64,000 nt of DNA from Gemmatimonadaceae bacterium (GCA_051859245.1 JBHYGA010000005.1:338993-402992); one strand, 5' to 3'. Counted from the stretch's first letter, positions 9,682 to 19,933 are shown. Made by a program: numbers and translations. The notes: generated by a model not told the origin, from the sequence alone.

Positions 9682-9718
9682 CAGCCGGCGCGAGACGATC
9701 TCGCGCCGGCTGTTTTTT
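9682..9718 (+). terminator. Rho-independent terminator
   Basis: gcagccggcgcgagacgatctcgcgccggctg hairpin followed by TTTTTTG, directly after the stop at 9658. Confidence 0.55.
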
Positions 9719-9773
9719 GTAAAGTTGCGCCGTTTGCCGCCGAGACTTCCACGGACACTTCATCCGTGGATCC

Positions 9774-11492
9774 ATGCCCGCCGGCACGCCCCTCGAAATC
9801 ACGCAGACTCCAGTCAGTCACCTGAGCGCCGTCGACACCGACGTCGCCGTTCGTGCGTTCCTGTCGCGCATTCTCGAAGGGAGCGATCTGCCGGCGTTAT
9901 CGCGTCAGATCATTGACGCGATCTCCGCACTTGATGACGACGCGAGTTCACTGCAGCGACTCGCCAACGTGGTGCTGCGTGAATACAGTCTCACGGTGAG
10001 CGTGGTACGCACGGCCAACAGTGTGCACTATCGGCGCAGCGGGCGCCCGGTACAGAGTGCCACGCACGCGATGATGCTGTTAGGCGCGCGCGCGGTGCGC
10101 GAGCTGGCAACCGGCTTGCTGCTGTTCGAGAACTATCAGAAACGCTCGGCCGGTCTGCGTGAGCTGATGCTGCTCTCCTTGCTCACCGCCAACCACGCGC
10201 GCGAAACCGCGATCAAGCTTGGTGCGGTGGATCCCGGAGAAGCACACCTCTGCGGCATGTTTCGCAATCTTGGCGAGGTGCTGGTGGCGTGTCATGCCGC
10301 CGATGAATACGCGCAGATTCACGCACGCATTACCGCTGCCGCTGAGGGAGAGTCGCGCGCCTGCGCGCGAGTGCTCGGATTTCAGTTTGTGGATCTCGGT
10401 GTGGAGGTGTGTCGCCAATGGGGCATGCCGCCTTCTGTGGCGGAGGGAATGCGCGCGCGGGCGAACGCGGCATCTTCGCAGGTCGCGGCGATCACATCAT
10501 TCAGCCACGACCTCACGAACGCGCTCTACCGACGTGATGGGGCCGGCACCAATCCGAATGCGTCGGTGACCGAGGTGATGGAGCGCTACGCACCGCGGCT
10601 CAAGCTGACGCAGGATCAGGCGCGTGAAATCGTGGAGGCTGCGCTGACGGAAACGCGCGAGCTGTTTTTGTCGGCACATGTGTCGATTGACGCACTGCGC
10701 ATGCAGCAGTTGAGTGAAGCGGCGCACAGCGCGCTGGGTGTTGAGTCGCCTCCAGTCAAGGAATCGGCCACGGCGAGTCACGCGGATGACGTACCGGCTC
10801 GCAACGGCTTGCGCACCCGATTGGCGCAGGAGCTGGCCGCGAGTGTGGATCCGGCGTCGGGACGTGATGTGGGCGCGGTGCTGTTGCTGGCGCTTGAAGC
10901 GGTGCTGCGCGGTGCGCCGTTTGACCGGGCCATTGCGTGCGTGTTGAACGCGGATCGTACACGACTCACCGCGCGTGCGGGGCTTGGCACCGAGGTCGAA
11001 GCGCTCATGGCGAAGTTTGATTTTCCGATGACGGCCCGCGGTGGTCCGATCACCGCCGTGCTGCACCAGCGTTCGGCGTTGTATTTGCCCGTGGATCGCG
11101 CCATGAATCTGGTCGAGCTGCGCTGGACGCTCGGCTCAGGCATTGCGCAGTTTGGAGTCTTCCCGATTGCCGTGAGCGGCACCGTGATCGGCTGTCTGTA
11201 CTGCGACCGTCTCTCAATGGCATCTGTGCCGGATCGCGACACGCTGCACTATGTGGGCAAGCTGGTGGAGCTGGTCATGCGCGCCATCGAAGAACGCCGC
11301 AAGGCGGCGAGTGCGTCCACGCCGCATCCACTCGACGCCGCGGCCAAGAGTGCGCTGGTCCTGCGTTTGCTACGTGGTGAAACGGTCGAGACGTTGATGA
11401 TGGAGACTGGGGTCACGAGAGCGCAGCTGGAGAGCTGGCGTGCGGCGTTCCTGGAAGGCGCCGTGGCGCGACTGGCTGGGCACCAGGCGTGA
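9774..11492 (+). CDS. HDOD-domain signalling protein with GAF-like domain and C-terminal helix-turn-helix
   Basis: HDOD motifs LPALSRQIIDAI, LANVVLREYSLTVSVVRTANS and ATHAMMLLGARAVRELATGL. Central GAF-like segment (FGVFPIAVSGTVIGCLYCD). Terminal ETGVTRAQLESWRAAF HTH. Confidence 0.6.
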   Translation: MPAGTPLEITQTPVSHLSAVDTDVAVRAFLSRILEGSDLPALSRQIIDAISALDDDASSLQRLANVVLREYSLTVSVVRTANSVHYRRSGRPVQSATHAMMLLGARAVRELATGLLLFENYQKRSAGLRELMLLSLLTANHARETAIKLGAVDPGEAHLCGMFRNLGEVLVACHAADEYAQIHARITAAAEGESRACARVLGFQFVDLGVEVCRQWGMPPSVAEGMRARANAASSQVAAITSFSHDLTNALYRRDGAGTNPNASVTEVMERYAPRLKLTQDQAREIVEAALTETRELFLSAHVSIDALRMQQLSEAAHSALGVESPPVKESATASHADDVPARNGLRTRLAQELAASVDPASGRDVGAVLLLALEAVLRGAPFDRAIACVLNADRTRLTARAGLGTEVEALMAKFDFPMTARGGPITAVLHQRSALYLPVDRAMNLVELRWTLGSGIAQFGVFPIAVSGTVIGCLYCDRLSMASVPDRDTLHYVGKLVELVMRAIEERRKAASASTPHPLDAAAKSALVLRLLRGETVETLMMETGVTRAQLESWRAAFLEGAVARLAGHQA

Positions 11493-11690
11493 GCTGATCG
11501 GGGCGGGGCACGGTTGCAGCGCCCCTGATGACCGGCGCGTACACTGCGTAAGCGCGGTCGCGTTATCGCCTTGGGCATGATCGCCCGGGCGTACGCCATG
11601 GCGAGGTTGAACCCTCGTTGATAACGTGCGACGTTAGCCCCACCGGCGCGGCCCGAAGCCTCGCCACTTCCCACCCTCCCAGGAGTCAGG

Positions 11691-14600
11691 ATGTCACGCC
11701 TGAGCGGATCGATGCGCCGTCTTTCTGAATCGGCGCTCGTGCTGTTCGTTGCGACCGCGGTTGCGGCTTCGACGGCAGCAGCCCAGTCCACCCAGAAGAT
11801 CGACGAGGAATACACGCGTCGCATTCGCGAAATTCTCACCGACCCGCGCATCAGCACCGAGCTGGTGAACTACCTGCCGGCATCTGATGTGGTGCCCACG
11901 CCGCTCAAGTTTCCCGGCATCGAACGGGTGATTGGTCAGCCTGGCTATCTCACCAAGGCCAAAGACATTCACCGCTATCTCGAAGCCGTCGCGAAAGCTG
12001 CGCCAACACGCGCGAAGTTCTGGGTGATGGGCAAGTCGGAAGAGGGGCGAGACATGGTCGCGTTTGTCGTGAGCGACGAAGAAACGATCGCCAATCTCGA
12101 CAAATACAAAGGCTACATGCAGGAGCTGGCGGATCCGCGCAAAACCAGCGAGCAGCGTGCGCAGGAACTCGTGAAATCAGCTAAGCCGATTTACTACATC
12201 ACCAGCGGCATGCATTCCACCGAAACCGGTGGTCCGGAAATGCTGATGGAGATGGCGTATCGACTCGTGGTGGACGAGTCAGAAAAAATCTCGAGCATTC
12301 GCAAGAACGTCATCACGATGATCACACCGGTGATCGAAGTTGACGGCCGCGAGAAAATTCTCGACGGCATTTGTTATCGCGTGAAGACGGGACAGCCGCT
12401 GCCAACGCCCTACTGGGGCAAGTACGTCGCGCACGACAACAATCGTGACGGCATGGGACAGTTCCTCAAGCTCACGCAGCACGTTCGCAACACCAATCTC
12501 GAATGGCGGCCAGTCGTCATGCACGACCTGCACGAGCAGGCCACGCTGCTGTATGTGTCCACCGGCACCGGCCCGTACAACGAGCAGATCGATCCGGTCA
12601 CCATCAACGAATGGTGGTGGATGGCGCAGAACGAAGTCATGGAAATGACCAAGCGTGGTGTGCCAGGTGTATGGACGTACGGCTTCTATGATGGCTGGGT
12701 GCCGAATTACATGTTCTTCATGATGCACACCGTGAACGCGATTGGCCGTTTTTACGAAGTGCAGAGCTTTGGCGGTGGTTGCAACGGCACTGCAGCCAAC
12801 GCGCGTGGTGGCGCGCCGGCCGCACCCACGCGCGCCAACGAGGCCGAGCTCACACGCGTGCTCGGCGGCACCAACTACAATCAGAGTCGCGAGTGGTTCC
12901 GTCCGAATCCCACGCCGAATGACATTCGCTGGGGATCGCGCGCGAACACCAACATTCAGCAGTCGGCGCTGTTGCTCTCGCTCTGGAACATGGGCAAGGA
13001 GCGCGACCGGTTCCTGGAGAACTACTGGATCAAGAACAAGAATGCGATCAATCGCGGCAAGTTGGGTCCGATCAAGGGCTGGGTGATTCCCGCATCGCAG
13101 CATTCCAAGCAGAACGCGGCCGACGCGGTGAATCAGCTCATGGACCAGGGGCTGGAGTTTCACGTGGCCGATTCGGATGTCACACTCGATTCCGTGTCGG
13201 TGAAAAAGGGCGACTGGATTATTCGTGGCGATCAGCCGCTGCGCACGATTGCCGACATGTACTTTGCGGTGCAGAACTATCCCACCACGAATCCGTCGCC
13301 GTACGACGACACCGGCTGGACGTATCCGATGATGCGCAACATCATCGTGAAGGAAGTGAAGAATGAAAAGCTCTTCACTGCGTCCATGACCAAGGCGGCA
13401 GGCCATGTCACCGCGGCTGGTGGTGTCTCGGGCACTGGCAACACGATTATTGTCGAGCACACCGGCGACAACAACCTGGTGCGGCTGCGCTACCGTTTGT
13501 CGGACGTCGCCATGATGGCCGCTGAAGACTCATTCACAGCCGGCGGTCGCGCATTCGGTCCGGGTGCATTCATCATTCGCAACGCGAACCGCGCCCGCGT
13601 GGAACCGCTGTTGCGCGAACTCGGCTTGTCCGCGTTTGCCGTAAGCGCCGCGCCAACGGTGAAGTCGCACGATCTCGATATTCCGCGCATTGGCTACATC
13701 CACAGCTGGACGAATACACAGGATGAAGGCTGGGTGCGCGCGGCGTTAGATCACTACAACATTCCGTACACGTACTTCGGCGAAAACGAAGTGCGCAAGA
13801 TTGCCTCGCTCAAGCAGCGCTTCGATGTGATCCTATGGCCGCACGGCGGCAGCGTGGGTCAGGATGCGCCAACCACCGGCACGCCAATTCCGTACAAGCG
13901 CACCGCCGAATATCCTGATCTCGGCTTCCCCGATTCCACGAACGATGTACGCGGTGGATTGGGTACCGATGGGCTTGAGAAGTTGCACGAGTTTGTGCGT
14001 GCCGGCGGCACGCTGATCACCGAAGGCGGTACGTCTGCAATATTCCCAACGTTCAGCCTCACGCCCGGATTGCGCACCACAACGGCGCCGGGACTCGTGA
14101 ACCGTGGCACACTGCTGCGCGGTGTCATTGCCGATATGAAGAGCCCCGTAGTGTACGGCTACAACGTGAATCAGTTGCCGATCTATTTCAGCGGCGGCAC
14201 GCTGCTCGACGCCGGTGCACCCACGATGGCTGAAGCGAAGCCCGTAAGCGACATCGATGTGTTCCGCCCGGGCAGTTCGGCCGCGTTGTCTGGTGCCGCA
14301 GCGGGTGGCGGCGGTATTGGTCCCGCCGCCCGTCGCAACAGCGTGTATCAGAACACCACGCCCATGGCCACGTGGGTTGAACACTCGCGCTGGAATCCCA
14401 CGCAGCAGTGGCCCGCAAGCGCCATTGGTTCGGCACCGGGTGCCGCTGCGGGTGGTGCACGTGGTGGGTTTGGTGGCGGCGCTGGTGGTGGTATGATGAC
14501 GCTCCCCGGCATGGCACCGCGTGTGATCGTGCAGTTCCCCGCCAGCCCGCGCGACATGCTGCTTTCGGGTGTGCTCGAAGGTGGCGAGCACTTGTCGAAC

Positions 14601-14747
14601 CGTCCTACCGTGATCAATCAGCAGCTCGGTGATGGTCACGTGGTCATGTTTACCACGCGTCCCTTCTGGCGCTGGCAGACGCAGGGCACGTTCATGATGG
14701 GATTCAATGCGATCATGAACTGGAACGACCTCGGCGCCGGCAAGTAA
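11691..14747 (+). CDS. Secreted M14-family zinc carboxypeptidase-like protein (1018 aa) with Gly-rich C-terminal region
   Basis: RBS aggag 6 nt upstream. Signal peptide. IYYITSGMHSTETGGPEMLMEMAYRL motif typical of M14. Gly/Ala-rich low-complexity segment near the C-terminus. Confidence 0.55.
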   Translation: MSRLSGSMRRLSESALVLFVATAVAASTAAAQSTQKIDEEYTRRIREILTDPRISTELVNYLPASDVVPTPLKFPGIERVIGQPGYLTKAKDIHRYLEAVAKAAPTRAKFWVMGKSEEGRDMVAFVVSDEETIANLDKYKGYMQELADPRKTSEQRAQELVKSAKPIYYITSGMHSTETGGPEMLMEMAYRLVVDESEKISSIRKNVITMITPVIEVDGREKILDGICYRVKTGQPLPTPYWGKYVAHDNNRDGMGQFLKLTQHVRNTNLEWRPVVMHDLHEQATLLYVSTGTGPYNEQIDPVTINEWWWMAQNEVMEMTKRGVPGVWTYGFYDGWVPNYMFFMMHTVNAIGRFYEVQSFGGGCNGTAANARGGAPAAPTRANEAELTRVLGGTNYNQSREWFRPNPTPNDIRWGSRANTNIQQSALLLSLWNMGKERDRFLENYWIKNKNAINRGKLGPIKGWVIPASQHSKQNAADAVNQLMDQGLEFHVADSDVTLDSVSVKKGDWIIRGDQPLRTIADMYFAVQNYPTTNPSPYDDTGWTYPMMRNIIVKEVKNEKLFTASMTKAAGHVTAAGGVSGTGNTIIVEHTGDNNLVRLRYRLSDVAMMAAEDSFTAGGRAFGPGAFIIRNANRARVEPLLRELGLSAFAVSAAPTVKSHDLDIPRIGYIHSWTNTQDEGWVRAALDHYNIPYTYFGENEVRKIASLKQRFDVILWPHGGSVGQDAPTTGTPIPYKRTAEYPDLGFPDSTNDVRGGLGTDGLEKLHEFVRAGGTLITEGGTSAIFPTFSLTPGLRTTTAPGLVNRGTLLRGVIADMKSPVVYGYNVNQLPIYFSGGTLLDAGAPTMAEAKPVSDIDVFRPGSSAALSGAAAGGGGIGPAARRNSVYQNTTPMATWVEHSRWNPTQQWPASAIGSAPGAAAGGARGGFGGGAGGGMMTLPGMAPRVIVQFPASPRDMLLSGVLEGGEHLSNRPTVINQQLGDGHVVMFTTRPFWRWQTQGTFMMGFNAIMNWNDLGAGK

Positions 14748-14768
14748 AGCGCACGCTCGTCGCATTCC

Positions 14769-14812
14769 GTCACGCGAGCGCCCCGGATACCTTGTGTATT
14801 CGGGGCGTTTGT
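14769..14812 (+). terminator. Possible terminator hairpin after the M14 gene
   Basis: gcgccccggataccttgtgtattcggggcg imperfect hairpin followed by tttgtgtgtt. Confidence 0.25.
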
Positions 14813-14834
14813 GTGTTCACGATTCTCTCGCACC

Positions 14835-15296
14835 ATGACTGCAACAATTTTTCAGCTGTCGCGATCAAACGGCGGGGTGCCGAAACTTGCCGTACCCGAA
14901 GTCATGATTCGTACGGCCGGACTCGAAGGTGACTGGCAGTTGAATCGTGTGCACCACGGTGGTCCGGATCGCGCCGTGTGCCTGTTCCCCATTGAGACGA
15001 TTCAGACGCTGCAGGCCGAAGGGCATCCGATTGTGCCTGGCAGCGTGGGTGAGAACATCACGACCGTTGGTTTGCACTGGGAACTCGTCGTGCCGGGCAC
15101 ACAGCTGCTGCTCGGCGATCGCGTGCTGCTCGAGATTGTGAGCTTCACCGTGCCGTGTCGTACCATTCAGCGTGCATTTGCCGACGGAAAGTTCGGTCGC
15201 ATCTCGCAAAAAACGCACCCTGGCTCATCGCGGGTGTACGCGCGCGTGCTGGCCGAGGGTGTCGTTCGTGTTGGTGATCCAGTCGTGCTGGTGTGA
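14835..15296 (+). CDS. MOSC-domain protein
   Basis: Small beta-barrel MOSC-like sequence (GENITTVGL...GDRVLLEIVSFTVPC). ORF 14811 trimmed to ATG 14835. Confidence 0.55.
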   Translation: MTATIFQLSRSNGGVPKLAVPEVMIRTAGLEGDWQLNRVHHGGPDRAVCLFPIETIQTLQAEGHPIVPGSVGENITTVGLHWELVVPGTQLLLGDRVLLEIVSFTVPCRTIQRAFADGKFGRISQKTHPGSSRVYARVLAEGVVRVGDPVVLV

Positions 15297-15326
15297 ACAT
15301 CATGCTTCTGCCAAACGAGATCCACT

Positions 15327-16142
15327 GTGAGTGACGACAACGAATACGTACTGGGCACGCACGACGACGAGTTACGCCGGCTCGGCTTTCAGCACCAGGT
15401 GTGGGCTGAGCAAACGGCCAGGCTGTGGGAGGCGGCACGCTTCGCACCTGGTGATCGTCTGCTTGATCTGGGAAGTGGACCGGGCTACGCCACGGTAGAC
15501 TTGGCCCAGCGTGTTGGGCGCGATGGGTCGGTAGTCGCCATCGATATGTCACGACGCTTTCTCGGCGCACTGGAAGCGCTGGTCGCGGCTCGTGGATTGC
15601 ACAACGTGCGGTGGCAGGAGAATGACGCGGCGACACTCGATATACCTGATGCGACCATCAATGGCGTGTTTGCACGATGGCTGTTGTGCTTCACGCCGGA
15701 TCCTGGCGCGGTTGTGAAAGAAGTCGCGCGCGTACTGGCTCCCGGCGGGCGGTTTGCCGTACTCGACTATGCCAACTACGAAGCATTGTCGATGGCACCG
15801 GCGAGTGATGTGATCGACCGAGTGCTGCACGCGACGGGTGAATCGGTACGGGTTCGCGGTGGCACGTTTGCCGTAGGACGTATGCTGCCGCGCTACATGC
15901 ATGACGCCGGGCTCGAGGTGGAATATCTTGAGCCGGTTGTTCGCATTGCGCGGCCTGGGAGTGCGTTGTGGTCGTGGCCCGAAAGTTTTTTCGCCAACTA
16001 CTTGAGCACGCTCGTGCAGATGTCACTCATCTCAACACAAGATGCGGCTGATTTTCAATCGGTCTGGAAGGCGCGCAGTGCCGATCCCGCGGCGTATCTG
16101 ATTACACCGACAATGGTGTCGGTGGTTGGCGTCAAGCGGTAG
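15327..16142 (+). CDS. Class I SAM-dependent methyltransferase
   Basis: GTG start. LLDLGSGPGYATVDLA motif I and GGRFAVLD post-II motif. Confidence 0.7.
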   Translation: MSDDNEYVLGTHDDELRRLGFQHQVWAEQTARLWEAARFAPGDRLLDLGSGPGYATVDLAQRVGRDGSVVAIDMSRRFLGALEALVAARGLHNVRWQENDAATLDIPDATINGVFARWLLCFTPDPGAVVKEVARVLAPGGRFAVLDYANYEALSMAPASDVIDRVLHATGESVRVRGGTFAVGRMLPRYMHDAGLEVEYLEPVVRIARPGSALWSWPESFFANYLSTLVQMSLISTQDAADFQSVWKARSADPAAYLITPTMVSVVGVKR

Positions 16143-16153
16143 GGGATCGTTTC

Positions 16154-17137
16154 GTGGTGAAGCGAGTGCGCGCGCAACAGGCGGATCTGTTCGGTGAGCC
16201 AGACACTGCGCGCATTGCGCCGGCTGTTGTGGAAGCGGAGCTGGTGTCGCTCGCGTCGCGTCTTCCGTCGCTGTTGCGGCTCGGTACATCGAGCTGGGCG
16301 TTTCCAGGATGGCGCGGTCTGGTGTATGCTACGCGAGAAACCGCGACGCGGCTCTCGCGCGATGGTCTGCATGCGTACGCACAACATCCGCTACTGCGCG
16401 CGGTTGGCCTGGATCGCACCTTCTACGCGCCGATCGCTGCGTCGGAGTTCGCGGAGTACGCGAACGATGTCCCAACCGAGTTTCGCTTTCTCGTGAAGGC
16501 GCACGCGGCCGTCACCACCACGGATCGTCAGCGCGCGATCGGTGAGATCACGGATACACCCGTGTTTCTCGACAGTACGTACGCGACCGAGCGCGTGATT
16601 TTACCCGCCGTGGAAGGACTTGGCGAGAAGCTTGGCGTGCTGTTGTTTCAGTTTCCACCGCTGGCGCTCCCGCCCAAACGTGCCGCAGCATTTGCCGAAC
16701 AGCTGCATCGTTTCCTGAGCGCGCTTCCGCGTAATGTACCGTACGCGGTGGAGATTCGAGACAGCTCGCAGCTTACGCACGACTACGCACAGGCGTTGCA
16801 CGATGGCGGCGCCACACACTGCTACACAGCGCATCCGCGCATGCCGAGTGTGTTGGAGCAGTGGCAGGTGCTCGGTGATGCTGTGCGAACAGCGGGGCCG
16901 GTGGCGGTGCGTTGGATGTTGCGCACGGACCAGCAGTACGAAACAGCGCGGGAAGAATACGCGCCTTTTGATCAACTCGTCGCGCCTGACATTACACGTC
17001 GCGCCGAGGTCGCGGAGCTGCTACAAACGCTATTCGCGGAGCGAAAGCAGACAATCGTGATTGCCAACAACAAAGCCGAGGGATCAGCGCCGCGCACACT
17101 CACCGAGCTGGCGCGACTGATCGCGACCGAGCAATAA
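16154..17137 (+). CDS. DUF72 (YecE-like) family protein
   Basis: LGTSSWAFPGWRGLVY, FLVKAH and YAVEIRDSS motifs characteristic of DUF72. Confidence 0.65.
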   Translation: MVKRVRAQQADLFGEPDTARIAPAVVEAELVSLASRLPSLLRLGTSSWAFPGWRGLVYATRETATRLSRDGLHAYAQHPLLRAVGLDRTFYAPIAASEFAEYANDVPTEFRFLVKAHAAVTTTDRQRAIGEITDTPVFLDSTYATERVILPAVEGLGEKLGVLLFQFPPLALPPKRAAAFAEQLHRFLSALPRNVPYAVEIRDSSQLTHDYAQALHDGGATHCYTAHPRMPSVLEQWQVLGDAVRTAGPVAVRWMLRTDQQYETAREEYAPFDQLVAPDITRRAEVAELLQTLFAERKQTIVIANNKAEGSAPRTLTELARLIATEQ

Positions 17138-17182
17138 GGTGAAATCCTGCGCTGAGCGGCGCTGAACGCCCTCGGTGATCTG

Positions 17183-17848
17183 CTATCGCCGATTATTGGC
17201 CAAAAGCACCGGCGCCATCAAGATGAAATTCGGCGTGGCGGCAATCGTCTGTACCGACGTACCAACCTGCAGCACAAGATCAACTTCACTGGCGTCGTCT
17301 GCGACGACCACAAAGCTGGCCGTGGGAATCTTGATTTTGGTGGCGTCGGCTCCTGGAATGCGAAGCGGATGCGCCGTACCGGCGGCCCACGTCCGCTGCC
17401 CCACGTCGACGGCTTGCGTAAACGAAATGGTGGCGTCCGTCACGTGCAGTCGAAGATTCTTGTACGTACCAGCCGGCAGGTCGCCAACCGGAAGTGTGAG
17501 CGCGTTGTCGACCGACGTTGGCAAATCCATCAGGTCCAGCGACACGGACGGAGCAATCGGAAAGCGCACCCACGCAGATTCGTCGTTCTCATCGCCGTTT
17601 ACACGCAGCGCGGAGATTTCAATCAACGACACGCGAATCTCGTCGATGTTGCTGCGATCAACACTGCCTTGCGCCACTTGAATATTGGGTGAGACGCTCG
17701 CTGCAGCAGCGGACTGACTCAGGCGAAGTTGCAGCGTGCCGGTGTCACCTTCGCCAGGTGACACACCGTCATCGCCGCATGCAATCAAGGAAGTCGCCAG
17801 CAACAGCGTGGCGAGCGGACGCACAAAAGAAGGCCGGGCAACGGTCAT
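17183..17848 (-). CDS. DUF4382-like lipoprotein
   Basis: Lipobox LIACG. RBS GGAG upstream. Beta-rich sequence resembling DUF4382 lipoproteins. Confidence 0.45.
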   Translation of the reverse strand: MTVARPSFVRPLATLLLATSLIACGDDGVSPGEGDTGTLQLRLSQSAAAASVSPNIQVAQGSVDRSNIDEIRVSLIEISALRVNGDENDESAWVRFPIAPSVSLDLMDLPTSVDNALTLPVGDLPAGTYKNLRLHVTDATISFTQAVDVGQRTWAAGTAHPLRIPGADATKIKIPTASFVVVADDASEVDLVLQVGTSVQTIAATPNFILMAPVLLANNRR

Positions 17849-17970
17849 AGAATCTCCAGAAGATTGGTGAACTGCATCAATCTGCCAGAAACATGACGCG
17901 TCTGCAGTGACGCACGTATCACAGCCGCAGCATTATCTGTACGTTCCGTGACGCCACACACACATCCGAA

Positions 17971-18429
17971 CTAGAGTTTGTGCGTTGAGAGCAGCAAGCT
18001 GGTTTCCGAGTTGCCAACGCCTTTGATCGTGCGAATGCTTCGCAGCGCGGCGTCGAATGTTTCCAGACTATCCGTTCCCAGTTCTGCCACAATGTCCCAG
18101 CGACCGTTTGTGGTGTGCAGCGCGCGCACTTCAGGGTAGCCACGCAGCGCGGAAATAATCGCGTCAGAACGGTCGCCTTCAACACTGATCATCATCACGG
18201 CGCGCACGCGCTGCGGCTCCGCTTCCGGCGTGGTGCGCACCGTGAAGCCAAGCAACACGCGCTGCTCGAGCAACCGGTCGATTCGGTTTTGCACCGTACC
18301 TCGCGACACGCCGAGCTGGTCGGCGAGCCGAGATACCGGGAAGCGCGCGTTCTCGCGGAGAAGCGCAATCAGTCTGAGGTCGGTGCTATCCATATCCAGT
18401 GTTGGCAAAATGTCATCAAGTACTGACAT
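17971..18429 (-). CDS. Lrp/AsnC family transcriptional regulator
   Basis: N-terminal HTH (LDSTDLRLIALLRENARFPVSRLADQLGVSRGTVQNRIDRL) plus RAM domain. The ORF track starts at TTG 18438; the first ATG is at 18429. Confidence 0.75.
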   Translation of the reverse strand: MSVLDDILPTLDMDSTDLRLIALLRENARFPVSRLADQLGVSRGTVQNRIDRLLEQRVLLGFTVRTTPEAEPQRVRAVMMISVEGDRSDAIISALRGYPEVRALHTTNGRWDIVAELGTDSLETFDAALRSIRTIKGVGNSETSLLLSTHKL

Positions 18430-18568
18430 AATGTACAAACAATAGCAACATTATGCTAATTTATGCAGCTTGTTGCTGGCAGTGGATCTGTGGCATTCTC
18501 TAGGGGTCTGGATGTTATGCCGTGAGCGACACGGCGTCGTCGTCCTGTTCCTGTATCTGGAGCCTAGT
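18430..18568. promoter_or_regulatory. Divergent promoter / Lrp-binding region between the Lrp regulator and ornithine aminotransferase
   Basis: Unusually AT-rich stretch (acataatgtacaaacaatagcaacattatgctaatttatgcagc) in a 67% GC context. ggag RBS 6 nt before the aminotransferase ATG. Confidence 0.35.
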
Positions 18569-19783
18569 ATGTCGACTCTCCTGGCCGAGCACACCAGTGA
18601 AGAACTGATTGCCCTCGAAGCCGAGTGGGGCGCGCGCAACTACCGTCCGCTCGATCTGGTCATCGCCCGCGGCGACGGCGCGTGGGTGATGGACGTGGAG
18701 GGGCGCAGCTATCTCGATTGTTTGAGCGCCTATTCCGCGGTGAACCAAGGGCATTGCCACCCGCGATTGCTCGCCACGCTCACGGAGCAGGCGGCGCGTG
18801 TGACGCTTACGTCGCGAGCGTTTCGCAATGAGCAGTTGCCGCTATTCTGTGAGGAACTCGCGCTGCTGTGCGGCATGGAGATGGTGCTGCCCATGAACAC
18901 CGGTGCGGAGGCAGTGGAAACGGCGATCAAAGCGGCGCGTCGTTGGGGTTACACCGTCAAATCCATTCCGGCAGACGCCGCGCAGATCATTGTCTTCGAC
19001 GGCAACTTTCACGGACGGACAACCACCATTGTTGGCTTTTCGTCTGACGCGGCGTACCGCGACGGGTTCGGTCCATTTGCCCCGGGCTTCGTACGTGTGC
19101 CGTTCGGCGACATCGACGCTGTGCGCGCTGCCGTGAACGCGAACACCTGCGCTGTATTGTTCGAGCCGATTCAATGTGAGGCGGGTGTGATCATGCCACC
19201 CGACGGTTTTCTGCGCGACTTGTCCGCGCTGTGCGCGGAGCAGAATGTGCTGCTGATTGCCGACGAGATTCAAACCGGACTCGGGCGCACCGGACGTTTG
19301 TTCGCGTGTGATCATGAAGACGTCACGCCCGATATGTACGTGCTCGGCAAGGCGCTGTCCGGCGGCTTCTATCCGGTCTCGGCCGTGGTCTCAAGCCGCG
19401 AAGTGCTGGGCGTGTTCGGACCGGGAACGCACGGCAGTACGTTTGGCGGCAATCCGCTGGGGTGCGCGGTGGCGCGAACGGCGATGCAGGTCATGCACGA
19501 CGAAGGCCTCGTTGAGCGCTCCGCCGACCTTGGCGCGTGGTTGCTTGAGGAGCTGCGCACGTTGCAGCATCCACACATTGAGGCCGTGCGAGGTCGCGGA
19601 CTCATTCTGGCCATCGAGTTGAACGTGCCGGCGCGTGCCTACTGTGAAGCGCTGATGAAGCGCGGCGTATTGTGCAAGGAAACGCACGACACGGTGATTC
19701 GCCTGGCGCCTCCGCTGGTGGTTCGGAAAGAGGATCTGGCCTGGGCGGTGGAGCAGTTGCGGGCGGTGTTCAGCCACGCGTGA
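18569..19783 (+). CDS. rocD: Ornithine--oxo-acid aminotransferase
   Basis: AYSAVNQGHCHPRL and the PLP-lysine region LLIADEIQTGLGRTGRLFA...VLGKALSGG match ornithine aminotransferase. Divergent Lrp regulator is classic context. Confidence 0.8.
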   Translation: MSTLLAEHTSEELIALEAEWGARNYRPLDLVIARGDGAWVMDVEGRSYLDCLSAYSAVNQGHCHPRLLATLTEQAARVTLTSRAFRNEQLPLFCEELALLCGMEMVLPMNTGAEAVETAIKAARRWGYTVKSIPADAAQIIVFDGNFHGRTTTIVGFSSDAAYRDGFGPFAPGFVRVPFGDIDAVRAAVNANTCAVLFEPIQCEAGVIMPPDGFLRDLSALCAEQNVLLIADEIQTGLGRTGRLFACDHEDVTPDMYVLGKALSGGFYPVSAVVSSREVLGVFGPGTHGSTFGGNPLGCAVARTAMQVMHDEGLVERSADLGAWLLEELRTLQHPHIEAVRGRGLILAIELNVPARAYCEALMKRGVLCKETHDTVIRLAPPLVVRKEDLAWAVEQLRAVFSHA

Positions 19784-19933
19784 GCGCTTGCGGTGTGCCC
19801 CGTATTTGTGCGGCTGGAAGCCGTGGCGCGTAGCCGATAACTTTGCTGCATACGCCAGAGCGTCATGGCGTGTCGCGCGGTCTCCCGTTTCGGGTTGACG
19901 GCTTTGCATCTCGTCTTTTGTCCAATACGGATT

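Noticed and set aside
11340-11492. IS3-transposase-like HTH at the C-terminus of the HDOD protein as a mobile element remnant
   Set aside because: Only a short roughly 40-aa HTH in frame with the HDOD gene. No transposase catalytic domain. No inverted repeats or target duplications.
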